Shown: positions 8,128 to 17,731, counted from the stretch's first letter. The stretch: DNA of 35,203 nt from Candidatus Thorarchaeota archaeon (GCA_048884965.1 JBHLQH010000003.1:1-35203); one strand, 5' to 3'. Program-made: numbers and translations. The notes: generated from the letters alone by a model not told the origin.

Positions 8128-9318
8128 TCATCTTCGCTTGAGCAGCACGACTATTGAAATCCCGATTACTGAGACAATGACTAATGTTGAAATCAGAATC
8201 GTGACTGGTCCAATGTATATTGGAATGCTCTGAGTAGGACCTGTAATTGACGGAAGAATATAGTTTCTAACCAAGAGTAGAACAGGATTTCCATAAGCAA
8301 TGCTTGCTGTTACACTCACCACCAAATCATAATCTGGAAGCACAATTAAGTGCTGATTGTACGCTCCCAATGCATAGAAAGCATTGATGTCTGGCATAGT
8401 CCACCAAAGATGACCATATCCTTTCGTTTCAGAGAACGAATATTGTGTTCCTATCGAATCTCGAATCCACTCTCGAGAGATCACTTGTTTGTTATCCCAT
8501 GTTCCATTGTTCAAGAATAAATAGCCAATCTTTGCTAAATCTAATGCAGTAAGTCCGAAATGACCCCCTGCTATGAAGTATCCATCAGGATTCTGTTCCC
8601 AATAGTAATCAGTGATTCCAATAGGATCAAAGAGATATTCCTCTGCGAATTCGCCCAAAGTCATGCCTGTCAAGCCCTCAATAATCGGGGAAATCAAGAA
8701 TATTGACCCTGAATTATACTCCCACTGAATTCCTGGTTCTGCTTCCATAGGAAGATCCAGCATGAACTGGATCCAGTCATCACTTTGGGTAAGCTGAAAA
8801 TAGCTATTCATCGGGCTCTCATACGAGTATGAAGTTTCATCCCAAGAAAGACCAGAGGTCATCGTCAGTAAGTGTTCTAATGTCCAGCTCTCCTTTCGAT
8901 TATCCATATTCGCAATTGTTCTATCTGGGAAGAAATCAATGACTCTTTGACTTAGATTGGAGATGTATCCTAAATCAATCACAATTCCAACCAATGCTGA
9001 AGACACACTTTTGGCAACTGATGCTAGGACATGGAGTCCTTCTCCATCATAATTCCCCGACGGAAGCTCATTCAACACAAGGTATCCATTTCGAATAATA
9101 GAGATGGAATCTATATCCATACTATGGTCGTTAATGTATTGTAGCATTTCACCAAGAAGAGATGAATTCAGTCCTTGGACTTCCGGTGCAACCTCTCTCC
9201 ATTCATTGGTAGGCCAGTAATCTCTTGACATAGATGTTATTTCATGTTGAAGAGGGCCCATGGTGAGTGATAGTGTAATTATCAGAGCAGATATGAGAAG
9301 GGTTGGTCTTGAAATCAT
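8128..9318 (-). CDS. Secreted, membrane-anchored serine hydrolase (beta-lactamase class C / NylB-like family)
   Basis: Signal peptide; SxxK (SVAK); LLTMTSGL; PGIQWEYNS; GYGHLWW; C-terminal TM + KRR. Confidence 0.9.
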   Translation of the reverse strand: MISRPTLLISALIITLSLTMGPLQHEITSMSRDYWPTNEWREVAPEVQGLNSSLLGEMLQYINDHSMDIDSISIIRNGYLVLNELPSGNYDGEGLHVLASVAKSVSSALVGIVIDLGYISNLSQRVIDFFPDRTIANMDNRKESWTLEHLLTMTSGLSWDETSYSYESPMNSYFQLTQSDDWIQFMLDLPMEAEPGIQWEYNSGSIFLISPIIEGLTGMTLGEFAEEYLFDPIGITDYYWEQNPDGYFIAGGHFGLTALDLAKIGYLFLNNGTWDNKQVISREWIRDSIGTQYSFSETKGYGHLWWTMPDINAFYALGAYNQHLIVLPDYDLVVSVTASIAYGNPVLLLVRNYILPSITGPTQSIPIYIGPVTILISTLVIVSVIGISIVVLLKRR

Positions 9319-9648
9319 TGTAGTTTTCAGCTCTCCAGCTAGCTATTATTTTTTGTAATTAAAGGTGGTTATCGCCGTAAAATTTGGTAACTGTCGAGTT
9401 GAGTCCACCTCTTCTCGCTCCTGAGTCGATAACTTCGAAACCAATTACGACTTGAGAACATCCAATCAATAATTCTAGCAGGATGACGGGCTTGATGGTT
9501 TTCACACTGGCAGGTGCTGCGCCGAGTCAGAGTTGGTTTTCCCCCTCTTTGATCGGTTTAGCATTCAGTCGGAAAGTGCCATTAGTCATTTTTACGAATG
9601 CTAATAACGATGGATGAGCCATAGTCACCTAGATGCGGGGAGAAATCT

Positions 9649-11022
9649 TTGTCGAAGTCATCTGTACATCCTAGAGTTCTACAACCTGACTACATTGAGC
9701 AGAGAGCGGATCTTTACCTTATGATATGGCGAGATATCCCTCACTGGATGGTTGCAGATGCAGATGTCCTCAAGACAATCAAGCTCGCAGATGGCACACG
9801 ACGCATATCTGATATAGTGTCAGTCATTCAAGAATCTGGCTCTCCTAGCCCAAGCTATGATGAGATAGGAATGCTGCTTGTCACTCTGGAGAAGGCTGAA
9901 CTAGTTCCTCAGGATGGACCTACACCTCAAGCGGCACCAATAGATCCACTCCTTGAGAATGTAACTGTCAATGTGACACGCCATTGCAATTTGAGATGCA
10001 CGCATTGCTTTGTACCAAATTCTGACAGCATAAGAACCACTCTTGATGTCAATGATTTGGAACGATTCTTAGAAGAAGGCTCTCAAAGCATATCCCCCAA
10101 TCTCAACTTTGCGATTCTAGGAGGAGAGCCCCTTCTTGAGAAAGAAAAGACCTTGGATATCGCTCGTTTGGGTAATAAGTTAGGTGCTGAGGTCATAGTA
10201 TCCACAAACGGTTTGCTTATAGATGATGAATTCGCGCAAAATGCTAAGGATTTAGGTCTTGCTGTACAGGTTTCGCTTGAGGGATCGACATCAGAGCTGA
10301 ACGATACAATTCGTGGCGAAGGAAGCTTCGAGCGAGCTATGAAAGGTGTAAAGATTCTCGTTAATAATGGGACCTATTCTCTAATCTCAATGGTTGTAAC
10401 GATGAATAACCTCAGTGATATTCCCGCCTTCTATCATCTAGGCCGCAAACTTGGTGTTAATGAAATCAGATTCATTGAGATGCGCCGCATGGGGCGCGCA
10501 TTGAGTGAAGGGATTGAACCAGTACCAAGTGCTGTTCTTGTGGAATCTATTCACAAACTTCTCACAGACCATCCAGAAGCCCGTAAGTATGTGATACGCG
10601 ACCATCTCTCTGTTATGAAGTACCTCTGCGCACGATCAAAGAAGCGCGCATACTGTGGAGCTGGTTTGAAGACGATCCTGATTGATGCAGATGGAGAAGT
10701 CTATCCGTGTCCCAATCACGCGAAACCGGAATTCTCCTGTGGTAATATCAGAAACCACTTATTCGGAGAGATTTGGATGGAATCTGATACTCTGAAGCAT
10801 CTTCGCTCAACCTATCAAATCGACCAAATCAACGAAGTATGCTCGCAATGTGCTATCAAGTATTGGTGCTTGGGAGGCTGCCGAGGAGAAACCTATGAGA
10901 ACACCACAAATCTACGGGCTGTTGGAGTGGGATGTGAATCTCTGCGTAAAGGCATCATCGAAACCTTTTGGCTACTTGCTACAGGGGAGGAAGCAACTGC
11001 AACCAAGACTGAATATTTCTAG
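9649..11022 (+). CDS. Radical SAM/SPASM peptide-maturase-like protein with N-terminal PqqD/RRE-like domain
   Basis: CNLRCTHC; GGEPLL; STNG; SPASM motif CGAG...GEVYPC...CSQCAIKYWCLGGC...C. The N-terminal ~90 aa have the RRE pattern (LYLMIW..HWMVAD..IKLADGTRRISDIV..LLVTLEKAELV). Confidence 0.92.
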   Translation: MSKSSVHPRVLQPDYIEQRADLYLMIWRDIPHWMVADADVLKTIKLADGTRRISDIVSVIQESGSPSPSYDEIGMLLVTLEKAELVPQDGPTPQAAPIDPLLENVTVNVTRHCNLRCTHCFVPNSDSIRTTLDVNDLERFLEEGSQSISPNLNFAILGGEPLLEKEKTLDIARLGNKLGAEVIVSTNGLLIDDEFAQNAKDLGLAVQVSLEGSTSELNDTIRGEGSFERAMKGVKILVNNGTYSLISMVVTMNNLSDIPAFYHLGRKLGVNEIRFIEMRRMGRALSEGIEPVPSAVLVESIHKLLTDHPEARKYVIRDHLSVMKYLCARSKKRAYCGAGLKTILIDADGEVYPCPNHAKPEFSCGNIRNHLFGEIWMESDTLKHLRSTYQIDQINEVCSQCAIKYWCLGGCRGETYENTTNLRAVGVGCESLRKGIIETFWLLATGEEATATKTEYF

Positions 11023-11088
11023 GTATGTGTGTCCGCGCTCACATCTAGATTAATATGGAAGTGAAACCATTTATTGTACGGTGGTAGT

Positions 11089-11313
11089 ATGAAGATTGTA
11101 GGACAGAGTTTCATCGACCCCTCTGAGAGGTTCTTCCATGGCATGTACCTCTCTGCTCAAGGAAATCCTGCCATTGATCCTATAGTTGGACTTCTAGGAC
11201 CTTATTTTCCATCTATAGTTCTTATGTTTCTGATAGCTGTAGTGCTAATTGGGTCCTTCATGTATCTAAGCAAAAGAACACCGCCAGTTGCTACAAATCT
11301 GCCCATGGAATAA
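11089..11313 (+). CDS. 74-aa single-TM small protein; candidate substrate of the adjacent rSAM/SPASM enzyme
   Basis: ATG 11089 with GGTGG SD, 66 nt after the rSAM stop, same strand. MKIVGQSFIDPSERFFHGMY..., TM SIVLMFLIAVVLIGSFMYL, then SKR. Confidence 0.65.
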   Translation: MKIVGQSFIDPSERFFHGMYLSAQGNPAIDPIVGLLGPYFPSIVLMFLIAVVLIGSFMYLSKRTPPVATNLPME

Positions 11314-11430
11314 TCTAGCCCTTTCATATCTAACTGGCGAACAGGTTGCTCTACAATTGAACTAGTGCATTCTCGATGAGAAGTATCTAGAGGTTGCGGA
11401 TTCACGAAAATAGTAATGTTTCATACTACT

Positions 11431-12255
11431 TCAGGAGCGAAGTATCTTCTGAAGAGATTCTTTCTTCATAAATTGGTAGTTTACCAGCTTACCATCAAAT
11501 ACAATCCCAAATACGCCATATGCTGAGGGGGACTTCTCCTGGAGTTCCTTTGCAGTTCTTAGATGCACAGTCTTTGCCTTGACTCCCTCTTCTTTTGCTG
11601 CTTCCAACGACATCTCTACTGCCTCCGGTGTATAAGGGCATTGAGATGAATAGAAGACTGTCAATCCCTTGCCACAGCGCTTCTGTCGCTCATCCCAGTT
11701 CGTTGGAAATGTTGGATTTGGCACATCTCTGAACCGCTTCACAACAAGCTCGAATCCCATTGGAGCTGAGTCGACCATCTCAAAACCGTTCTTGAGAAGG
11801 ATTTTCTTTCCGGTCAACCAATTCCCATCGTTAGTGACCATCGCAACTCCATCCATACCTCTTTTCTTTGCGTCAGCGACACAGGCCTCAAGTAGCATTC
11901 TACCGAAGCCCTTCTTCTTCCACTGACCTACTACCCATAGACAATGTATCACCATGAAGTTCGGTGCATGTACTACACGCCATGCATACTCTCCAGGGAT
12001 ATACTCGATGAACCCCCTTGATGTCATCTTTCCTCGTTCGTTGACGAATAACACCTTCATGCGCATGCCTTCATTGTATCTTTCCTGAAACCAACCTAGC
12101 TTCGATTGATACCCTTCTTCCTTCTTCTTTGATTTCTTACAGAAGAGGTCATATTGTGCTTCATTCTCGGGTGTGATATCAATGACTTCATACTCTGGGA
12201 GCATCTGTTTCAACTCCATTGAGAATTGGGTCCGATTGGTCCAATTAGAATTCAT
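11431..12255 (-). CDS. YoaP-family GNAT N-acetyltransferase
   Basis: GFIEYIPGEYAWR; IHCLWVVGQWKKKGFGRMLL (GNAT motif A); C-terminal YoaP-like QCPY...SPSAYGVFGIVFDGK. The true start may be a downstream ATG. Confidence 0.88.
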   Translation of the reverse strand: MNSNWTNRTQFSMELKQMLPEYEVIDITPENEAQYDLFCKKSKKKEEGYQSKLGWFQERYNEGMRMKVLFVNERGKMTSRGFIEYIPGEYAWRVVHAPNFMVIHCLWVVGQWKKKGFGRMLLEACVADAKKRGMDGVAMVTNDGNWLTGKKILLKNGFEMVDSAPMGFELVVKRFRDVPNPTFPTNWDERQKRCGKGLTVFYSSQCPYTPEAVEMSLEAAKEEGVKAKTVHLRTAKELQEKSPSAYGVFGIVFDGKLVNYQFMKKESLQKILRS

Positions 12256-12274
12256 CTCTCATTATATCCGAGTA

Positions 12275-14230
12275 CTATCTGGCATGCCGAATATCATCAA
12301 GAGACTCTGGGTTCACTAAGGCTGCGGTATCTCCTAAATCATCACCCAAATACGCTGCTCTAATCATCCGTCTCATGACCTTCGCATTTCGAGTCTTTGG
12401 GAGATCTCTCACAAAGAGAATCTCTTTTGGTGTGAGGGGACGGCCCATCTGGTTACCTATCAACGTCTTCAGCTCCTTTCTGAGGGCTTCTGTCGGGGCA
12501 GTATCTTCTCTTAGTACGCAAAATAGCACGAGCTCATTCAGTTTGATATCGTGTGGGATTCCTATAACAGCAGCCTCTACGACTGCAGGATGCGAAACTG
12601 CAATGGACTCCGGTTCAGCTGGTCCAACGCGTTTTCCTGCAACCTTTATGATATCATCCGACCTTCCAAGGATGTACCAGAGTCCATCGGCATCGATTGC
12701 TGCAAAGTCCCCATGAACCCATACATTTTCCCAGCGGCTCCAATAGGTATCTTCGTACCGCGATGGATTCTTCCAGAATCCTCTTGTCATGCCAATCCAA
12801 GGTGCCTTAATGACAAGCTCACCAACCTGCCCTTGCACAGATCTGCCCTGCTCATCGAAGACATCTGCTGCTATTCCCGGACAGGGTCCTGAAAAGGCAC
12901 ACGCCTTTAATGGGAGCAATGGGTTTCCCATTACAATCCCTCCAGAAACCTCTGTTCCCCCTGAGTAGTTGATAATCGGAATCTTCTTTTTTCCCACATT
13001 ATCGAATAGCCACATCCAAGGATCTGGGTTCCAAGGTTCTCCTGTAGATGCGAAGTAGCGCAATGATGACAGATCATGCTTTCTTACCGGCTCATCTCCA
13101 AATGTCATGAGTAGTCTGATCAATGTGGGCGATACCCCTAGAACATTGATTCTGTGTTTCTCCACCAAGCTCCACAATCGTTCAGGTCCTGGATAGTCAG
13201 GAGCTCCATCATACAGGAAGAACGTAGCTCCCAGCAATAGCGATCCAAAAACCAGCCATGGCCCCATCATCCATCCCATATCAGTCATCCAGTAGATTGT
13301 CTGATCCTCGTGCAAGTCTGTACCAAAAGCCATGTCTTGAGCAGCCTTGACTGGAAATCCGCAGTGCGTATGGACTGCGCCTTTCGCTAGTCCGGTCGTC
13401 CCCGATGTGTAGATGATCATTAAGGGGTCTTCTGCCTCAGTGATCTCTGTTTCAGCTTCATCAGGTTGCATGCCGATAATATCATTCCACCAGTGGTCTC
13501 TTCCCTCTTCCATGTCAACTGATTCATCTATGTTGTTTAGGACAATTACATGTTCAAGTGAAGGAATTTTCTCTGCTGCTTCATCAACGATCGCCTTCAT
13601 CTCAACAGTCTTTCCGCGTCGTGAAGAACCATTGACCGTGAATATCGCTTTTGCCTTAGCATCTCCTAGGCGGTCAACTATTGCACCTGGACCAAAGCCT
13701 GAGAACAGTGGGAGGATTATCCCTCCAATCTTTGCAATGGCTAACAATGCAACTACAATCTCTGGTATCATGGGCATGTAGATTCCAATAGAATCCCCTT
13801 TTTCAAGTCCAAGATCTCTGAGAGCATTTGCAGCCTTGTTTACTTCAATGAATAGGTCTCGATAGGTCATTGAACGAGTGTTTCCAAGCTCTCCTTCCCA
13901 GAGAAAGGCTGTTTTGCTCTCTCTTTGCGTATTGATGTATTTGTCCAAGCAGTTGTGGATGATATTCAAGCTCCCTCCAACGCACCACTTTGGCCAGGCA
14001 ATCCCTTCTGAGAGGTCTACGACTTTTTCATAATCATGATAGAACTTGATCTTTAGATAGGTCAATATGGCGTCTGTAAACCATGCAACGTCCTTGGTAG
14101 AACGGGTCATTAGATCTTGAAAATTGGCTATTCCATGTATTTGCATGAATTCTGTCAAGTTTGATGATTGAATATAGTCCTCTGTTGGTCTCCAGACTAT
14201 CTCTCCACCAAATTCGAAATTCTCTCTCAC
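12275..14230 (-). CDS. AMP-forming acyl-CoA synthetase, acetyl-CoA synthetase family
   Basis: YTSGTTGLAKG; STGEPW; SGGTE; HGD; GRSDD; A10 motif LPKTRNAKVMRR; ACS-type N-terminal domain. Confidence 0.92.
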   Translation of the reverse strand: MRENFEFGGEIVWRPTEDYIQSSNLTEFMQIHGIANFQDLMTRSTKDVAWFTDAILTYLKIKFYHDYEKVVDLSEGIAWPKWCVGGSLNIIHNCLDKYINTQRESKTAFLWEGELGNTRSMTYRDLFIEVNKAANALRDLGLEKGDSIGIYMPMIPEIVVALLAIAKIGGIILPLFSGFGPGAIVDRLGDAKAKAIFTVNGSSRRGKTVEMKAIVDEAAEKIPSLEHVIVLNNIDESVDMEEGRDHWWNDIIGMQPDEAETEITEAEDPLMIIYTSGTTGLAKGAVHTHCGFPVKAAQDMAFGTDLHEDQTIYWMTDMGWMMGPWLVFGSLLLGATFFLYDGAPDYPGPERLWSLVEKHRINVLGVSPTLIRLLMTFGDEPVRKHDLSSLRYFASTGEPWNPDPWMWLFDNVGKKKIPIINYSGGTEVSGGIVMGNPLLPLKACAFSGPCPGIAADVFDEQGRSVQGQVGELVIKAPWIGMTRGFWKNPSRYEDTYWSRWENVWVHGDFAAIDADGLWYILGRSDDIIKVAGKRVGPAEPESIAVSHPAVVEAAVIGIPHDIKLNELVLFCVLREDTAPTEALRKELKTLIGNQMGRPLTPKEILFVRDLPKTRNAKVMRRMIRAAYLGDDLGDTAALVNPESLDDIRHAR

Positions 14231-14356
14231 TATTGCAACATCCTACGTTTCCGAAGCTACTTTCGTAATCTCCTTCACCCTATTATAGATACGGGCCAAA
14301 GAGGAACCAATGTCAGAAAGACATAACTGCATCCTCATCCACGTAGTGATTCGTGG

Positions 14357-15964
14357 GTGGTTTGGTTGGTTAGACAGCTTGCGATAGACTTCTTGTACCG
14401 TAAACATGGGAATTCCTTGGCTTCTGAAACGAAGGCACTCGAAACTACCATGGCATTCATATGGGCCATTTCCAAAGAGGATGAGAGTGCTAGGATAAGG
14501 AGGCTATCACGCGTATCTTTTCCTTTTTGGCTAGTTCAGGTTTCTCCTGAGAACTCTGTTCTTTTGAGTGCATCAACCTCGGAATCAAAAAGGTTCTCTT
14601 TCACCCATGAGACCCGTTTAGCTGAAGTTAGAAGATCGATAAGTAACGAAGTGACCGAACCAAAAGACGTACCTGTTGTAGTTGAGAAGGTCCTATCTCT
14701 AATGGATGAGTTAGAAACAGTTGAGAAAAGCGTTCGGAATCTCTACGAGCCTGAATCATTGGTCGAAGTAGGACCATATGTTAGTGAACTAGAACCAAGC
14801 TATTCTCCCAACCGTGTCGAACAGACGTTTACTTCGCAACACGCGTTGGCTGAGAGTGAAGCCTTTCAGAGAATACGAGATGAGATTCTCGCCAGAGTCG
14901 AAAGGATGGAGGAGCTGAAAATCCTTGTTTCGGATCAATTACGAAGCCAACTCAAGGTCATGGAAAACATCGTATCCATGGAGAAACGAAAGTGGACTGA
15001 AAGGATATCATCGATGAAATCTAGCACAGAAGTTGCAACGCACGACCTCGAAGTGAGGAAGAGCGATCAGATCTATTCATTGAAAGAGGAGTACAAGAGA
15101 CATCTCAGAGCAAAGACTGCTGAATTTGCGAGAGCCAGCACAGATATCGAGAGCTATTTCACCTATCTACTTGAGCACGTTCAAGAAACGCGTGCAACCA
15201 TCGCACGGAAACAAGATGATATTGAAAGCGCTGTTGAAGAGTATCGAAAGCTCGCGAAGTATCTGTCTGATGCCCTTCCTCGATTTGAGGAGATACTTGA
15301 GGCATTGAATGAGAAATCATCTGAAGTGCTTCTTGATGCAAAGAGATACAATGAAGCCCTTACCTCAAGAACAGGTGAAGCAGCAATCTCTGCTGAGAGT
15401 GAGATTGATGACCAAAAGTATCGATTGCTGAGTCTTGAGAAAGAGCGTCAAGAGAGCGAATCAGAGCTGGATGAGTTGCTCCAGAAAGTCCTCTCATCAA
15501 TAGACCGTCTCGAAGGAAGAATAAAGAAGCGCCTATTGGAGCATCAAAGCGAAGTACTTGATATTCAAAGAAGTACCATCAAGAATGATGCAATACATGG
15601 CATAGCTCCATTGACACACCTTGATATCTACTTCTTTGTTGCAGAGTACTCAAATGGCAAATACGATATCTTCCCTCCCGGTCTAACTCCTGAAAACAGA
15701 TTTCGGTTACCTCTTCCCTACAGACGAATGAACGAGTCCTTGTATTCATTCGTTCAAGGGAACATTTCACGGCTCAAAGACTCAGATACATCTTTCAAAG
15801 ATAGATTCGAACATGCGCTTGGAACCGGCGATTTATTTGATGATCCTGATACCTTGGACTTGATTGAGAGTGGATTGAGGGACCTGCAGATGAAACAGCT
15901 CCTGGAAGAAGGCACCTATGAGAAGGTGCATCAGACGATTTTGAGATGTTTGAAGCGATCCTGA
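14357..15964 (+). CDS. Hypothetical protein with long central coiled coil
   Basis: 535-aa ORF. Residues ~160-405 are E/K/L/R-rich heptads flanked by globular ends (FPFWLVQV; IYFFVAEY...DIFPPG). No Walker motifs. Confidence 0.8.
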   Translation: MVWLVRQLAIDFLYRKHGNSLASETKALETTMAFIWAISKEDESARIRRLSRVSFPFWLVQVSPENSVLLSASTSESKRFSFTHETRLAEVRRSISNEVTEPKDVPVVVEKVLSLMDELETVEKSVRNLYEPESLVEVGPYVSELEPSYSPNRVEQTFTSQHALAESEAFQRIRDEILARVERMEELKILVSDQLRSQLKVMENIVSMEKRKWTERISSMKSSTEVATHDLEVRKSDQIYSLKEEYKRHLRAKTAEFARASTDIESYFTYLLEHVQETRATIARKQDDIESAVEEYRKLAKYLSDALPRFEEILEALNEKSSEVLLDAKRYNEALTSRTGEAAISAESEIDDQKYRLLSLEKERQESESELDELLQKVLSSIDRLEGRIKKRLLEHQSEVLDIQRSTIKNDAIHGIAPLTHLDIYFFVAEYSNGKYDIFPPGLTPENRFRLPLPYRRMNESLYSFVQGNISRLKDSDTSFKDRFEHALGTGDLFDDPDTLDLIESGLRDLQMKQLLEEGTYEKVHQTILRCLKRS

Positions 15965-16076
15965 CATCATTAAGGCCATTGACATAGAGAAATCAGTAAT
16001 CGGAGATACATCTACCTAGATGAATCTCCTTTCTTGGCAGTTGCTGTTGTTGCATATGAATGTGTGCGGGTCATTC

Positions 16077-16361
16077 TCAACGCTTTTGGACCGGTTTTCT
16101 TAGCTCATCTTGACGAATGTGAACTTTACCGGAGTGAACTGCACAGCTCACACAATAGTACGATGTCACTCTGCGACTTTGGATGTATGACCCTTGTTGC
16201 CTGAGTTCTCTCGCAATTTGCGGTTCTACCATGGAGGTGACCTTTGTGAATTTCTTTGCTTTATCTGCTGGTACCAGACGACCGCACCGTGAACATTGGA
16301 CAGTACCTTTGCTACCTGAGCCGCCTTTAGCTCGACCTGATGATTTTCTCTTCTTCGCCAA
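16077..16361 (-). CDS. rps26e: 30S ribosomal protein eS26 (S26e)
   Basis: AKKRKSSGRAKGG...VQCSRCGRLVPADKAKK...YYCVSCAVH. TTG start at 16361 after a GGTGA SD (track extends to 16400). Confidence 0.96.
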   Translation of the reverse strand: MAKKRKSSGRAKGGSGSKGTVQCSRCGRLVPADKAKKFTKVTSMVEPQIARELRQQGSYIQSRRVTSYYCVSCAVHSGKVHIRQDELRKPVQKR

Positions 16362-16551
16362 TTGGTATGTTTCACCACGACATTTCAAAGAATGCCACAC
16401 AAATCGCTATTCATCAGCTTAAATCCTTGTGCCTATGTTCTATTCACCAATTATGGACATAGAATTGCGTTCAATGCTTTTCTTTTATTGAGATAGCAAA
16501 TCCCTCACCTGAGTCTTTCTTATTTTGGAGATTTGCGAGATGGAGATTGAA

Positions 16552-17562
16552 ATGAATACGAGGAAATCTATTACAGTTATTTTATCACTTCTGCTAGTTT
16601 CTGTGGTATATTCAACAGATGTGGAGCTGAGTGTTAGCACTGCAGAAAGGGGGTTGGTCATCGCAACAAGCCTGCAGAACCATGATCTCTCTGGAGTTTC
16701 TATTGCTGTATTTCAAGGAGATAACACGGAGGTTGCCAATGCTTGTAGAATCGCTATGGTCAATATGTTTGAATGGATGAATGCAACAGTTGACCTTGTT
16801 TCCGCATCTATGATCAAGGAGGGCTTCCTTGGAGGATATGATGTCTTGGGGCTCCCACCAGGAAACCTTCCTTCATATAACATCCAGCTAGGGACACAAG
16901 GCCTTGAAGCCATCCGTAATTACGTGTCCCACGGAGGAGCGTATTTCGGAGTAGCTGGAGGAGCGATTTTTGCATGTGACCGTTTGATTTATGGTTCGAC
17001 TAATGATGAGTACCTGTTGAAACTGTACAATGGTACTGTACGAGGTCCTATCACTGGAGTGACTGATCGAAGCATAGAAGTCATGGAAGTCAACACTACA
17101 AATGGCGTTATTGACCTGACTGGAGTTCCATCGACTCTCTCGACCCTCTATTGGGGTGCTACCTATTTCATACCAAATGATGCAATCGACTATGTCAACA
17201 TCGCATCCGCTCCAGATGTATCATATCCCTCTCTAATTGCCTATCAGTATGGAAGTGGATGTGTGTTCCTCTCAGGCCTGCACCCTGAATTTGAAGAGAA
17301 CTCTGACAGAGATGGATCTTCTATGTTCGATGATTTGGACGATCCGGAGTCTGAATGGCCTCTCATGCTTAGGATTGCACGTTGGATGGTCGATGCATCC
17401 GTCTGGATTACAGATTCAACATCCACCGATACAACAAACACCTCGACGACCGATGTAACCGGTATCGGGCTACCCGATGGTGGTTCATTTCTGATAGTAG
17501 CTGTTGCTGCCTTTGGCATTGTCATTGTGGTTGTAGTTGCAAGGATGTGGCGTAAGCGATAG
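16552..17562 (+). CDS. Secreted, membrane-anchored BPL-N / class I glutamine-amidotransferase-like protein
   Basis: Signal peptide from MNTRKS; YDVLGLPPG; IRNYVSHGGAYFGVAGGA; YGSGCVFLSGLHPE; Thr-rich linker; TM + RKR. Confidence 0.82.
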   Translation: MNTRKSITVILSLLLVSVVYSTDVELSVSTAERGLVIATSLQNHDLSGVSIAVFQGDNTEVANACRIAMVNMFEWMNATVDLVSASMIKEGFLGGYDVLGLPPGNLPSYNIQLGTQGLEAIRNYVSHGGAYFGVAGGAIFACDRLIYGSTNDEYLLKLYNGTVRGPITGVTDRSIEVMEVNTTNGVIDLTGVPSTLSTLYWGATYFIPNDAIDYVNIASAPDVSYPSLIAYQYGSGCVFLSGLHPEFEENSDRDGSSMFDDLDDPESEWPLMLRIARWMVDASVWITDSTSTDTTNTSTTDVTGIGLPDGGSFLIVAVAAFGIVIVVVVARMWRKR

Positions 17563-17731
17563 CATCGAAAGAGTATCTTTTCGAGGAGTTCCAGTATTGA
17601 TTTTCATGATTGCTGGAATTCTCGCCACATCATACCTTTTATCAGAAATAGTTGCTCTGCAATCTCTGTATCCGATATGTTACTGGGAGGGACCCCTCCC
17701 CACAATCATCTCCAATCAAGATGGTGATAGA

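Noticed and set aside
4868-9318. Apparently more AT-rich segment as a horizontally acquired island
   Set aside because: This is a visual impression only. It is partly explained by Asn/Ile/Thr-rich protein composition, and there is no integrase, tRNA or boundary repeat. A sliding-window GC/codon analysis would be needed.
9483-9617. 44-codon ORF MTGLMVFTLAGAAP... upstream of the rSAM gene as an alternative precursor
   Set aside because: It has no well-spaced SD, overlaps the probable promoter and lacks leader/core character. It cannot be fully excluded without homologues.
10850-11053. 67-aa ORF overlapping the rSAM 3' end
   Set aside because: It is an alternate frame inside the SPASM domain with no independent support.
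11020-11063. Pyl/Sec readthrough of the rSAM TAG to fuse with the small ORF
   Set aside because: The frame after TAG hits TGA after 13 codons and never joins the small ORF.
14357-15964. SMC/Rad50 call for the coiled-coil protein
   Set aside because: It has no Walker A/B, ABC signature or zinc-hook motif.
17537-17731. N-terminal extension of the 17537-17980 ORF
   Set aside because: It overlaps the previous gene, and a GGTGA SD supports ATG 17732 instead.
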